From positions 16,864,001-16,928,000 of the forward strand of contig JBHGNT010000001.1 in NCBI GenBank assembly GCA_043228905.1: a DNA stretch of 64,000 nt, written 5' to 3'. The translations under genes were made by a program, and so were the position numbers. How positions within the stretch are numbered: the first letter of the stretch is position 1; each line of letters starts with the position of its first letter. The stretch is from Azolla caroliniana (taxonomy: Eukaryota; Plantae; Polypodiophyta). This document shows positions 26,545 to 38,877 of this stretch, piece by piece. The notes under the pieces were generated by a model, which did not search any database, had not been told where the DNA came from, and was given only the letters and a program-made list of their open reading frames with translations.

Positions 26545-29500
26545 TGTAAAAAGTAACGTGCGGAAGCAAGTATGAAGACCGAACAGAAGGAAGGAAACTC
26601 AGGTTCAATGGAGAGCTTGAGCTTAAACGGTATACGCGGGAGAGACAGAGAGAGTGAGAGAGAAGACACAAAAAATATATTCAACAATAATACTCAGTCT
26701 GTACATAAGACGTGCTCAGTGAACACTTTTATACAAGCCCTAGAAGGACTGACTGAAGTACTGACAATACTTCAATGCTCATCAAGAGCTCCTACACTAA
26801 CTCCCAAATATATTCCTCACGGAATATCTTTCCTAACGACCTCCCGGTTTACGCACTCGGCCTAACCGATCGGTCCCAACCGATCCGGTCCTCGGCTTCT
26901 TCAGCCGAACCGGCCGATGTTGAGCTTGTCTCTCAACACTCCCCCTCAAGCTCAACTTGAGGCTCTTCGGGATCCTCGGGCACACAGCTCCGGTTCCTCC
27001 TGGCTTCACGCCTCGCTTGCGCTCCTCGACCTGTTCGACTCTGCGCGCTTCGACCCTTCCGATCGGCTTGTCTGCTCATGCAGCCCTTAGCTCTTCTGCT
27101 GTTGCGGTGTTGACGCTTCTCCTGCTGCCTTTTCTTCCGCCTGGGCCTCGGTTGATTCAGCGTGTCTGAATCAAACATCCGAACCGACTCGGCTACCTCC
27201 GATCGGTTTTCGCTCTCGTCCGAGTTGGCTGTCTCCAACTCGTCTTCGGTCTTCTCGCCCTCGGTGGTGTCATCTTCCCCATGCGTGGTTGGCTTCGGCT
27301 CTCTCCTTCGGTTGCTCCCCTTCTGTCCGCTTTCGGACTTTTTCGTGGGTCCGCCCTCGGCTTCTTCAGCCAATCCGAACTCGAACTCGACAACCGAGTC
27401 TACCGACTTGGACTCGGTGTCACGGTCTCCGCTCCTTTCCTGCTGCCTTGCTTGGTCGTTCGGGACTGTTCTCCCCCTCAAGTTCGGCACATCGAGGTGA
27501 CGCAACCCGAGCGCACTTGAGAATTACCGCAACTTGTCCAGACCAAGCGGCTTTGTGAAGATGTCGGCAGTCTGCCGATCCATCGGCACATACTGAAGTT
27601 CGACTTCACCGGAAAGGACACGCTCGCGGACGAAATGGTAGGGCACCTCAATGTGCTTGGTCCGTGCGTGGAAGACGGGGTTCTTCGCGAGCTGGATGCT
27701 GCTGAGGTTGTTGCAGTAGATCGTCGTCGGATCTGACACCTCCTCTTGCAGGTCCTTAAGTAGCCGCTTCAACCATATGGCTTTGCATGTCGTGACAGCC
27801 GCTCCTCGGTACTCTGCTTCGGTGCTCGACAGGGCAACTGTCGGCTGCTTCTTATTGCTCCACGCGATCGCGGCACTCCCGAGGGAGAACGCGTATCCGG
27901 ACGTGGATCGGCGATCGGCGGCGTTGCCAGCCCAATCAACATCGGTGTAGCCGACTACCTGCTCGGCTGCACCGGTCCGATATAGTAGTCCGCGGTCCTT
28001 AGTGCCGCTTACGTACCGCAGTACGCGTTGCGCACACTGAAGGTGCTCCTCGGTAGGTCGCGCCATGAACTGACTGATCACTCCGACCGGATAACTGAGG
28101 TCGGGTCGGGTGATGGTCAAGTATATGAGACTTCCTACAATTTGTCGAAACCTCGTCGGGTCGCATACCTTTCCCGTATCGGGACGAAGCTTGACGGTTT
28201 TGTCCAGAGGAGTCGAGACGGTCTTACAGTCGGCCATCCCGAATTTGAAGAGCATACTCAGCACGTAGTGATGTTGGCTGATCAATATTCCTTCGGGGGT
28301 ACGGATCACTTCGATCCCAAGGAAGTAATGAAGGTCCCCCAGATCCTTCATGTCGAACGATGCCGCAAGCTGGAGCTTCACGCGGTCGATTTCACCTAGG
28401 TCGGCGCCGGTGATGACCAAGTCATCAACATACAGTAAAATACTAAGCGGTCCGAGTCGACCTTTCCAGATGAACAGGGAAGAGTCCGATTTTGACGTGA
28501 CGAAGCCCAACCGATGCAGTTGTTGCGTGATCTTCGCGTTCCAGGCACGCGGGGCTTGCTTCAGTTCGTAAAGGGACTTCTTCAGTTGGCATATTGCCGA
28601 GGAGTTCGTTCCAGAGTGAAATCCGGGGGGCTGTACCATGTACACCTGTTCCTCAAGGTCACCTTGCAGGAACACATTCTTTACATCCATCTGATGTAAG
28701 TGCCACCCCTTGGCCGCGGCTACTGCAAGCAAAACACGGACGGTTGTCATTTTCGCGATCGGCGCAAACGTCTCATCGTAGTCGATGCCGTGTTTTTGCG
28801 CGTAGCCCTTTGCCACTAGCCGAGCCTTGTACCGGTTGACCGAGCCATCGGTGTTGTACTTGACCTTGTACACCCACCTACACCCGATCGGTTTTACCCC
28901 CTTCGGTGCGTCAACCAGGTCCCAGGTCTCGTTCTCCGCCAATGCGTGCATCTCTTCCTTCATCGCGGCGCGGCAATTCGCGTCCTTCGCCGCTTCTGCG
29001 TAGCTCTCCGGCTCACGCACTTCCGCTACACGGGTCATGTACGCATAATGATGTGCCATGTACTCGTTGTATCCGAACCGCAAAATAGGATTCTTCTGGC
29101 GGGTAGATCGGCGTAATCTCACATTAGCCGATATCGAGGCCTTCTCGGTCGACGCGGACTTCACCTTTAAAGTCCTGTCACCGGTTCCCTCAGAGTCGGA
29201 CTCGCGTCGGTCTGACTCATTCCTATCCGTGCCGGAATCCGACACCTTCTTCTTCCCTTTCTCTTTGCGCGTAAGCCGTCTCCTTGGCTTCCTGCGCGGG
29301 GAATGCACGGCCGAGTCTCCACTACTCGCCGGCTCTTCATCGGACTGGTCGTACCGACTCAGTCGTCCAATCGGTCCACTTAAGCGGAGTGAAATCGGAC
29401 TCTCTTCGCGGGTCTCGATTTCGGGCTCATTCGGAGGCATCTCGGCCTCGCTGACCTCATCGTCAGAACACGGATTGGACTCGGGGTTCGGAATCGGGGG

Positions 29501-32183
29501 CTTGTACCAGGATGCGGACTCGTCAACCACAACGTCGCGGCTAACACGCGCTTGTTTGGTGCGAGGGTTATAGCACTTATAACCCTTCTGCTCGTCCGAG
29601 TAACCGACCAAGATGCATTTCTCGGCCTTTGCATCCAACTTCCTTCTTTTCTCCTTCGGTACATGCACATACGCAATGCTACCGAACACCCTCAAGTGTC
29701 GTAAGTTCGGCTTCGTTCCGAAATATAGCTCATGCGCTGACACTTTGTCTTCGATCTGGTTCTGGATGTATACCGCGGTCCTTACCGCCTCGGCCCAATA
29801 GAACTTGGGCAAGCTCTTCTCCTCCAGCATTGCCCGTGCCGCTTCCACAATCGACCGATTCTTTCTCTCAGCCACGCCATTCTGCTCTGGCGTGTATCTA
29901 CAACTGAATTCGCGGCGAATTCCCATTTGTTGTAGGTAACCGTTGAATTGACCGGAAAAATACTATTTCCCGCCATCCGACCGCAAGCACTTGATCTTTC
30001 GTCCCGTTTCGGCTTCCACGAACCCTTTGAGGTCCCGGAAACAGTCGAAGACTTCGCTCTTCCTCTCAATGAGGTAGATCCGCGTGTGCCGCGTGTGGTC
30101 GTCGATGAAGGAGACGAAATATCGGCTCCCGCCAAGAGTAACGTTTTGTGCCGGTCCCCATACATCGGAGTGTATAAGGTCGAGCTTGTTCTGGCTCCGG
30201 TTTCGCTCGTTGGGGAAAGGAAGTCGTTGTTGCTTCCCGAGCTGGCAAGCTTCACAAACTTGTGCCTTTCGGCCACTAAACTTGGGCAATCCGAACACTA
30301 CCTGTTTCGATTGCAGATCTTGAAGCCGTTGGTGGTTGACGTGGCCTATCCGCTTGTGCCACAAGTCGATGTCCGACTCGGTCTTTTGTCCCTTCGTGAA
30401 CATTGCGGTGCTGCCGTCAGTCGAGTCGAGGATGAACATCCTCCCGTCTTTGCGCCCTTGCGCAATCACACAGCCTTCTTCCTCAATGAAGCACCCAAGG
30501 TGTGTAAACCGAACCTCCATCCCTTGGTCAACGATCTGTCCGACCGAGACCAAGTTCTTCGTGATTGTCGGAACTTCTCCGACATTCGCGATCGGATGCG
30601 GAGTGTCGTCTCCTGTTGCGACTACTCCAGGTTGTATCGGTTTTCCAAGGTACGAGAACCACTCCTTATGGCTCGTCATGTGGTTTGACGCACCGGAGTC
30701 TACATACCACACCTCGTCCGATCTCGGGGTGTTCTGTTTCATTGAGTTTGCTTCGTGTCTCGTCACGAAGACAGACCCTTCTTCGGCTCTCCCGGAGTCT
30801 TCGGTGTAGTGTGATCGCTGCCGATTTCCCTTGTCGGTATGTCCGGAGCCGTTTCTGGAACCAGTTCTCTCCGAATCGGCGCGCTTCTTCCAGCACTCAC
30901 TTTCCCTGTGGCCTTTCTTGCCACAGTACCAGCACTCCGCGATGGCCTTCCCTTGCCGGTTCTCATCGCTTCGACTCCCCCTATTTCCGAAGGGTCCGGA
31001 GTTGCTGTCGGCATCACTTCGGTGCCTTCTTCCTTGATCTCGTCAGCCGCCTCCATTGCGTACCGACTCGCCTCGTCCGCCACGACCACGGGGCCTTTCT
31101 CCCTCCGTGTACAACATCTTGTTGTCGGTGTGCATGCTCGTCGACGCACCCGCGTGGTTCTCCTCTACCAGGAGCATCGACTGTAAGTCGAAAAAGGACG
31201 GCGTATTCGCCCGGGTACACAACCGTTTGGAACGCTCCGAACTTCGACGCCAAACCTCCAGATAGATCTGGACCATTTCGCTCTCCTCGATGTTCACCTT
31301 TCTGGAGGCGAGGGAGTCGCAGATATCCTTGATCTTCGAGGTATAGTCCGTCACCGACAAGTCGCGTTGTCGTAGGTTGCTCAACTCCTGTCGGAGCTGA
31401 AGCTTCCTGGCTATGGTGCTCGCGGCGAAAATCTTCTTCAGATTTTCCCACGCACCCTTCAGCGTCTTTGCATCCCGAACATAGCTCAATAGCTGTTCGC
31501 CCACACACGATGCGAAGCAGTATAATACCCTGCTCGCCGATTGCTCCCATGATGGGAAGTCTCTGTGTGTCGATTCGGGTGCCGCGTCATTAGCTCCTTC
31601 GACATAACTCCAGTAGCCGTGCCCGAGCAGGTACTGGTGCATCTTGTAGGACCAAGACGCGTAGTTGGTTCTGTCGAGCTTCTCTGTTGGAAGCGAGCTC
31701 GCCATGCCTCTATCCATCGTTCTTCTCGTTCTTCTTCGTCAAGCTGTGTCGGCTGCAGAGAGGTTCTCAACCCTCGCGCTCTGGTACCATGTAAAAAGTA
31801 ACGTGCGGAAGCAAGTATGAAGACCGAACAGAAGGAAGGAAACTCAGGTTCAATGGAGAGCTTGAGCTTAAACGGTATACGCGGGAGAGACAGAGAGAGT
31901 GAGAGAGAAGACACAAAAAATATATTCAACAATAATACTCAGTCTGTACATAAGACGTGCTCAGTGAACACTTTTATACAAGCCCTAGAAGGACTGACTG
32001 AAGTACTGACAGTACTTCAATGCTCATCAAGAGCTCCTACACTAACTCCCAAATATATTCCTCACGGAATATCTTTCCTAACGACCTCCCGGTTTACGCA
32101 GTTGGCCTAATCGATCAGTCCCAACCGATCCGGTCCTCGGCTTCTTCAGCCGAACCAGCCGATGTTGAGCTTGTTTCTCAACA
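26545..32183 (-). mobile_element. Full-length Ty1/Copia element with 394-bp LTRs
   Basis: LTRs at 26545-26938 and 31790-32183 (about 7 differences by eye). 5-bp TSD ACATC. Met-type PBS TGGTACCAGAGC abutting the 5' LTR. PPT TTGAGGGGGAG. Domain order gag-PR-INT-RT-RH. Confidence 0.97.
27524..31717 (-). pseudogene. Copia gag-pol polyprotein (frameshifted)
   Basis: Gag (NYASWSYKM), protease WYVDSGASNH, integrase FIDDHTR...SDGG...NGVAERKNR, RT LYVDD, RNase H FHARTKHIE. Split over several frames. Confidence 0.9.
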
Positions 32184-32312
32184 ACATCAAAACCAACCTT
32201 CTTAGCTTCTTACTTCTTGCTCAATTTATAGTTGATACAAAGGTACCCATTTGGGTTGGCTTAGCTACATGTGTGCTAAAAGGTTGGCACAAAGGAACAC
32301 ATGCACGCCACA

Positions 32313-32740
32313 ATATGCATACACACATACATATAATCTTACATGCATGCAATCATATACATACAATCATTCAAATATGCATACATGTACACACAAAAAC
32401 ATACACACAATCATACACATACAATTGTTCAAACATTTATATGTGTAGACACATACATACAATCTTACAATCATGCATACACATACACGCATACATATAA
32501 AATCATTCAAGCATATATATGCTTAGATGCATATCCAAATTCACACAATGATAATACACTCAAACATACATAAATACACACACCATCATACAAACATGCA
32601 TGCAAACATACATATAATCATACACATACAATTGTATATAAATACATGCATAGGAATATACACACAATCAAAATACCTTCAATTGTACATACATACATGC
32701 ATGCATGCATGCATACAATCGTACAAACATATATGCATAC
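32313..32740. repeat. (CATA/CA)-rich low-complexity tract
   Basis: Degenerate CATA/CACA repeats read directly. Confidence 0.85.
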
Positions 32741-33621
32741 AAACTCGTGTCTATTTGCTATCAAATCATAATCAGTCCTAGTGAGGGAATCATGACCTTA
32801 GACGGTGCATGTCGCTCAGATGAGGGTGTGTGCGATCTGCACCATTCAATTTGGATGAAAAAAAACGCTTGAATAAAAAAGTTGTCTGTAGTCGCCCAAT
32901 TTTAACAACTCGGTCTGCCAACCGAATATGGTCTCCCAACTATGACAGGTCAGTCGCCCAACTATTACTAGCTTAGTCACCTAGTCAAATATGGTCCCCC
33001 AACCAAATGTATTATTTCCACCAAAATCTTCGAATCACTTTGAACTTGAAACTTAAAACTTAAAATAACAAATCAAATTCCCACAAACGAAAACGTGAAA
33101 ACTTCCAAAATCGACGAATTACACTTGACTTAAAACTTAGACCTTGAAACAAAAAATCAACTTAGAACTTAAAACTTAAAAAAATACACAAACTTAAAAC
33201 TTAAAGCTTAACAATTTCCCCAACACAAAATGTTCCGGTCATAAGAAATTGATTCAACCAGAGTTCCTAAACAACCATGATGAAAACTAAAGCCATGTTT
33301 ATGGCTCATGTGGGGAGGATGGTAAGTTGCGGCCACAATTCTTGCAGCAATCAACATTTGTGTCCCTTGATCTAAAGGTCAAGGCATCGTAATGCAAGCA
33401 TGGAACCTTCTCTTGTCCGTGGGCCAATTTTGTAAATTAAGTATGAAACGAACCCAAAGGTAGGCGAAGTAGGTAAAGGCAACTGAAATCAGGAAGTTAA
33501 TGAAGAACACAACCAACCGTAATATGCGCACCGAAAACGAGGGAAGAATAAACCACGCTGAGCAAGAAGAAGAAAAGAACTTTAAAAAATGTGGAGTAGA
33601 ACATAGACAATGGGGTGAGAG

Positions 33622-34478
33622 TGAGAAGAGTGAGAGTGAGAAAGGGGGCTAGGCACTCTTGAGCATATATGATGTGCTCGGCTCGCAATCCTATGTGGTC
33701 CATGGATTTTCGATGTTTAATTTTTTTATGACCTTCGTGACCCTAGAGGTCGTGAAAAGTGTCCCCATGGTAGGTCGAGGTGTGGAGGGCATTGGAATGG
33801 GTGGTTGGTTCGGGACATGGTAGAGTCTTGATATATGCGTGCCAAATATTGGGATCCTAGATGAGTGTTTGTGGTCGCGGTTCCCGTAGTTTCTTCCATG
33901 CAAGGGCACAATCCCTACTCATGAGCATATGATAGAGTTTCCAATATTGAGATGTTTCCCAAGCTCGTCTTTTACGATGTGTCATCTTGCGCATCTCTTT
34001 GCGAGCCTGTACTAAGGAAATAGTACCACTAAATCGCGACACTTTAAGTTGGCTATACAACTCTCTACAATCCTCGTCATACCACTTGCTCTGTGGCATA
34101 GACCCTATTCTACTATGATTGGAGTATTTCGTGTATGGGGAAGCTACTAATTGCTACTGAGTGAAGGATCTGTGCGAGTTCTGTAGTGAGGTTCTCTAAA
34201 GGCAAGGAAGAATCAAAAGAAGAGAGATGGGCTTGAACATCTCGGGAGTAGATGTCAGCGAGCTCATGCATGAAATGTATTATGGTGTGATGGTTTGGTT
34301 GACTAGAGTTGGTGGCGTGGGAGGTGTCGCATTTTAGCTCAAAGTATAGGAAGCTATGGTCTGCACCAATGGGGCATGGGGCCATCCGGAAGGAGTTAAC
34401 CATGTGGGTGGCTTCAGGGCAATGTCCTATTAGGTAATCAACTGTGCTTTCCCCTCCTCCATGTGGGAAACATGTGAG
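33622..34478 (-). mobile_element. RTE-like LINE internal fragment inserted in the 5' LTR
   Basis: Endonuclease end LTCFPHGGGESTVDYL...ADH and linker KWYDEDC. The sequence continues for a few bases at 38231-38238. Possible TGAGAG duplication at the edges. Confidence 0.7.
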
Positions 34479-34486
34479 CAACACGT

Positions 34487-35275
34487 TGTCGTAGTGTATT
34501 TCGTACACTACGTGAAAAAGTAAAAATAATATAAACGATTTAATTACATATAAATAAATAAAATAATATATCAAGATATTTATCACGTGCATAGGGCAAG
34601 ATTCAAACCTTGTAGCTCCACGTAGCCAAACCTCAACTTTACCATTATGCTACCTTATCTTTAGTGTTCTATAAATAGATTTAATAACTATAACTGCTTT
34701 ATTTGCGCCTACCTTTATTAAAAGGTAAATCGTGCATTTTTAGAGTGCGTGAATATTTTATAGAAAAACGCAAGCAACTAAAAAGTGACTCATGCACATC
34801 TAGCGTGCATGAGCACTATATTTAGCAAATAAAAGCAAGGATGAGAAAAGCATCACATGCGCATTTAGTGTGCATGAACATATTAGAAAAAAAGCATGTA
34901 GCTATGCTTAGTCTCTCCCATCACTACATAAGGATGGGGAGCACAATGTAATAGGCGTGTGAAATATTTGGAAATTGGATATATTTCCGAAAACACCAAC
35001 CGATTAATATAATCGTGGGATTCACGAAAATAATATAATCTATACTTGTGGGATTCACAAGTTTATTATATCTTTCTTTCAATCTAAATACATATTCTTA
35101 TCTAAATATTGATTAATCGAATACAATACACTCGTGGGATTCACGAAATTTCTATCTCTCTTTCTAATAATCTATTCATTACTAGCCTCATCTCATATTC
35201 TTCTTTCTCCTAGTCCAAAACCTCAGTGGTTCCCACCCGACTCACGCAAACGATCCGGAGCCGAAAGGCACGACA
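34487..35275 (+). repeat. Gypsy solo LTR with 4-bp TSD ACGT
   Basis: TGTCGT...ACGACA termini, ACGT at 34483-34486 and 35276-35279, homologous to 457-1359. Confidence 0.92.
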
Positions 35276-35890
35276 ACGTTCGCGTTCACAAGTGGAAGGA
35301 TCGCGCATTCCATTTATAGATTCCTTTTATAATCTTGCGATTTTAGACAATTTTCAAAAACTTGATACACCAGTATCACATGTTTTAAATAGCATGTAAA
35401 ATTTGCTAATTTTTTGAGATTTAACAAGTTTCAAAATGATAATTTCTAAAATTGAATAGTTTTTAAGTAAATGTTTAAATGTTGATGGTTTGCAGATATG
35501 AAATGTAGTTAACTTAAAGAAAATCACAATGGTTAACTCAAGGCACAAGTTAAGATTAATGGTTTCACCATCTTGATGAGATTAAGATTACATCTTTTGT
35601 TAGACTTGAAAATGTTTTAACTATAAGAGGTAACATTGCAATCCTTAATGTCATCATCTATAAATTTAGTGCTCATTAACATCCATAAATTTACAACTCA
35701 ATAAATGTAGAAAATATTCATAAACAATTTTGATAAATCCACAACTCCTAAAATGTAGATGATATTCATAAACTGTCAAACTTTAGATGTGAACATTAAT
35801 ATATCAATTTAAACATATCACACAGTTATTAGGGTATCTACAATGTTATCCTCTTCTTCCTTTTGAGAATTCCCCTACAAACTTTGTGAA

Positions 35891-37318
35891 GTAAATGGCA
35901 TTTGCGAAGTTCAATTACCATCAATACAATTATTAATGGTTTTTTGCTAATCAATGAAGCACATGTTCACCATAAGGTATCTTGTTGTGCAACATACATC
36001 TTTGTAGTATCAATATGCATCTTTTTCTCTTGTAAAAACATAGATTTCAATATAATTTGAGTTCATGTTTAAAAAACCTGTATCGAGTTGATGTAAAAAA
36101 TAGAGTTTTGATCATAATTCCATACAATGTAATGAATTCATGTTCAAAGTTTTATTTACTGGATTTAAAAATAAATAAAAATAAAAAGTTGAGCTTGACT
36201 TCATATAAAAACCAAATTTTTCATCACAATTCGATACAATTTATCGAGTTCATGTTTAATGTATATTTTTCTAATTTTGTTTCAAATGTTTGTGTTTTTT
36301 TTTATTTTTTTCAATTTTATTTATGGAAAAAAATAAATTTAAACATGAATTCGATACATTGTATCAACTTGTGATGAAAAACTTTGTTTTTTTCATCATT
36401 TATTAAAGCTCAAAAGAAAAACTTCAAGAAAAAAACAAAAAACCAAAATAATTAGAAAAAAAGGCAATTTTAAAAAAAACCCCAAATAAAGCTTTAAACA
36501 TGAACTCGATACATTGTAACAAGTTCATGTCAAAAAGTTAGCTTTTCAACATGAACTCGATACAATGTATGGAGTTCGTGTTGAGAACTCTGTATCGAGT
36601 TTGTGTAGAAATTCCACTTTTTAACACGAACTCGATACATTGTATCGAGTTCGTGTTGAAAAGCTAACTTGTTTAAAGCTTTTTTGGGGGGTTTTAAATT
36701 TTTTTTGCTTTTCTTCTATTTATTTTGGTTTTTTGCTGTTTTTTTTGAAATTTTTTTTTGAGCTTTAATAAATGGAGAAAAAACCAAAGTTTTTATCACA
36801 AGTGATACAATGTATCGAATTCATGTTTAAAATTATTTTTTTCCATAAATAAAATTGAAAAAAAAAAAAAAACAATTGAAAACAAATTAGAAAAATATAC
36901 ATTAAACATGAACTCGATACATTGTATCGAATTGTGATAAAAAATTTGGTTTTTATATGAACTCAGGCTCAACTTTTTATTATTAATTTTCTTTAAATCC
37001 GGTAAAAAAAACTTTAAACATGAATTCAATACATTGTATGGAATTATGATCAAAACTCTGTTTTTTACATCAACTCGATACAACATATCGACTTCATGTT
37101 TAAAAATCTTCTTGTTTTTCAAATAAAAGAGGTTTTTTAAACATGAACTTGAATCGTACTAAAATCTTTGCTTTTAGAAGAGAAAAAGATGCATATCGAT
37201 AGTGCAAAGAAGTATGTTGCATAACAAGATACCTTATGGTGAACATGTGCATCATTGATTAACAAAAAACCATTAATAATTGTGTTGATTGTAATTGAAC
37301 CTTGCAAATGTCATTTAC
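35891..37318. repeat. ~1.4-kb imperfect palindrome (foldback)
   Basis: Arms GTAAATGGCATTTGC... and ...GCAAATGTCATTTAC are reverse complements over ~700 bp, centred near 36600. Contains repeated AACTCGATACA(A/T)TGTATCGAGTT units. Confidence 0.9.
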
Positions 37319-38490
37319 ATGGTCTATAAAGTATTCTCGTGGTTCTCAATGACCACTTCAAGCACTTAATGTTGATCTTCATAGTTTGGTTCATCTACAA
37401 TAGAGAAACATTTATGCAGAACAAAGGATGACAACACGAGCATAACTCAGGTGACAAGGAAACTTACAAGAACTCAAGGTGGGGATATGAATAACTACAC
37501 ATGTAGATGGCCATGAGCTAGGGTACCAATTCTGCATTGGTATAGTTTTGGACGTGATGATGCATTAAACCTTTGTAATACATCTATCATTGACATTAGT
37601 TAGGTGGATATCATTGTGTATGACTTTACACTGACAAAAGTTGGATGTTTAAGGACAACATCAATATACATAATAAAAGAGATATTACCAAGTCTAGAAG
37701 ATATCTTAGATTGAAGGTGAAGAAGATTTATTGCACACAATTTGGAGACACCATTTGGTGAAGACAATGATTTGATTGGTACATTTGAAAATGAGGAAGA
37801 GTCACAATTGTATATTATCTATGGTAGTGATTCTCATGAAAAGAATGATGATATTTATACAAATAACTCCCAAATGTATTTGTTGTGCAACTATGTGTAA
37901 CAAATTTAGACAACATTTTATCGAATGAAATAAAAACGTTCATTTTTTTGAAATCCTCTGCTTTTGATTTCTTTAAGATCTAAAAACTTATTAATTGTCA
38001 TCTTTCTTTAAAAATACACAAAATTACTTTTCGTATTTGACCAAAATTTGGCATTTTTCAATTTTACCAAATGGTGAAATTTTGAACGTTTTCATCAAGT
38101 TTTAGAGAAGATGTGATACCAGTATCAAGGTGTTTTGTAAAATGGCAAAAAAAAACCCCAAAATCAAATGGAATATTCCTTATCCTTCCACTTGTGTGCG
38201 ATCCTTCCACTTCTGAACGCGAACGTGTTGAGAGCTTCTGAGAGAAGATTGTTAGTTGAGATAGTAGATTCTGATATATAACTATAATTACTTCTGCCAT
38301 AATTCAGGCCGTGAGCCGTGTACTATGTTTTCTTTTCAATCATAATACATATACAATCTTGGGTGAATACTCTGCTTTGTGTTAAGATCATTACGTAATC
38401 CTACATTCTTGAATTAAGGTCTTGTCTACGACTGAGTACGCTAGGCGTTCGTTACATGAACGGGTTGTAGAGCAACCCTACACGTATTTT

Positions 38491-38877
38491 TGTTGAGAGA
38501 CAAGCTCAACATCGGCCGGATCGGCTGAAGAAGCCGAGGACCGGATCGGTTGGGACCGATCGGTTAGGCCGAGTGCGTAAACCGGGAGGTCGTTAGGAAA
38601 GATATTCCGTGAGGAATATATTTGGGAGTTAGTGTAGGAGCTCTTAATGAGCATTGAAGTACTGTCAGTACTTCGGTCAGTCCTTCCAGGACTTGTATAA
38701 AAGTGTTCACTGAGCACGTCTTATGTACAGACTTGAGTATTATTATTGAATATAGTTTTTTGTGTCTACTCTCTCTGTCTCTCCCGCGTATACCGTGTAA
38801 GCCCAAGCTCTCCATTGAACCTGAGTTTCCTTCCTCTGTTCTGTCTTCATACCTGCTTCCGCACGCTACTTTCTACA
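38491..38877 (+). repeat. Copia solo LTR (family of 26545-32183)
   Basis: TGTTGAG...CTACA termini, TSD ATTTT on both sides, near-identical to the 394-bp LTR. Confidence 0.95.

Larger units (their letters stand above)
25358..32312 (+). mobile_element. Miniature Gypsy-derived element with inverted LTRs (interrupted by Copia)
   Basis: 160-bp LTR TGTGG...TTCACA (25358-25517), then tRNA-Ala PBS TGGTGGAGATGCGGGGTA (25521-25538). Protease-like (YLVVSSSS...LTLGCDWF) and integrase-tail (VYGRDPRLP; FGSFIVVRAIRSTTYLL) remnants follow. Reverse-complement LTR copy at 26523-26544 plus 32189-32312. Confidence 0.75.
34479..38230. mobile_element. Non-autonomous TIR DNA transposon (CA...TG ends, apparent 2-bp TSD)
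   Basis: TIR CAACACGTTCGCGTTCACAAGTGGAAGGATCGC (left copy split by a solo LTR) versus its reverse complement ending at 38230. Flanks are AG|AG, and removal restores the LINE reading SEALTCFP. Confidence 0.7.

Noticed and set aside
28028-31332. Long plus-strand ORFs over the Copia element
   Set aside because: Antisense shadows of GC-rich gag-pol with no recognisable motifs.
32162-32781. His/Thr/Ile-rich ORFs (also 20131-20447)
   Set aside because: They are translations of CATA/TATG low-complexity repeats.
36070-37090. CRISPR-like array of palindromic repeats
   Set aside because: Spacing is irregular, the spacers mirror each other as arms of a palindrome, there are no cas genes, and the context is eukaryotic.
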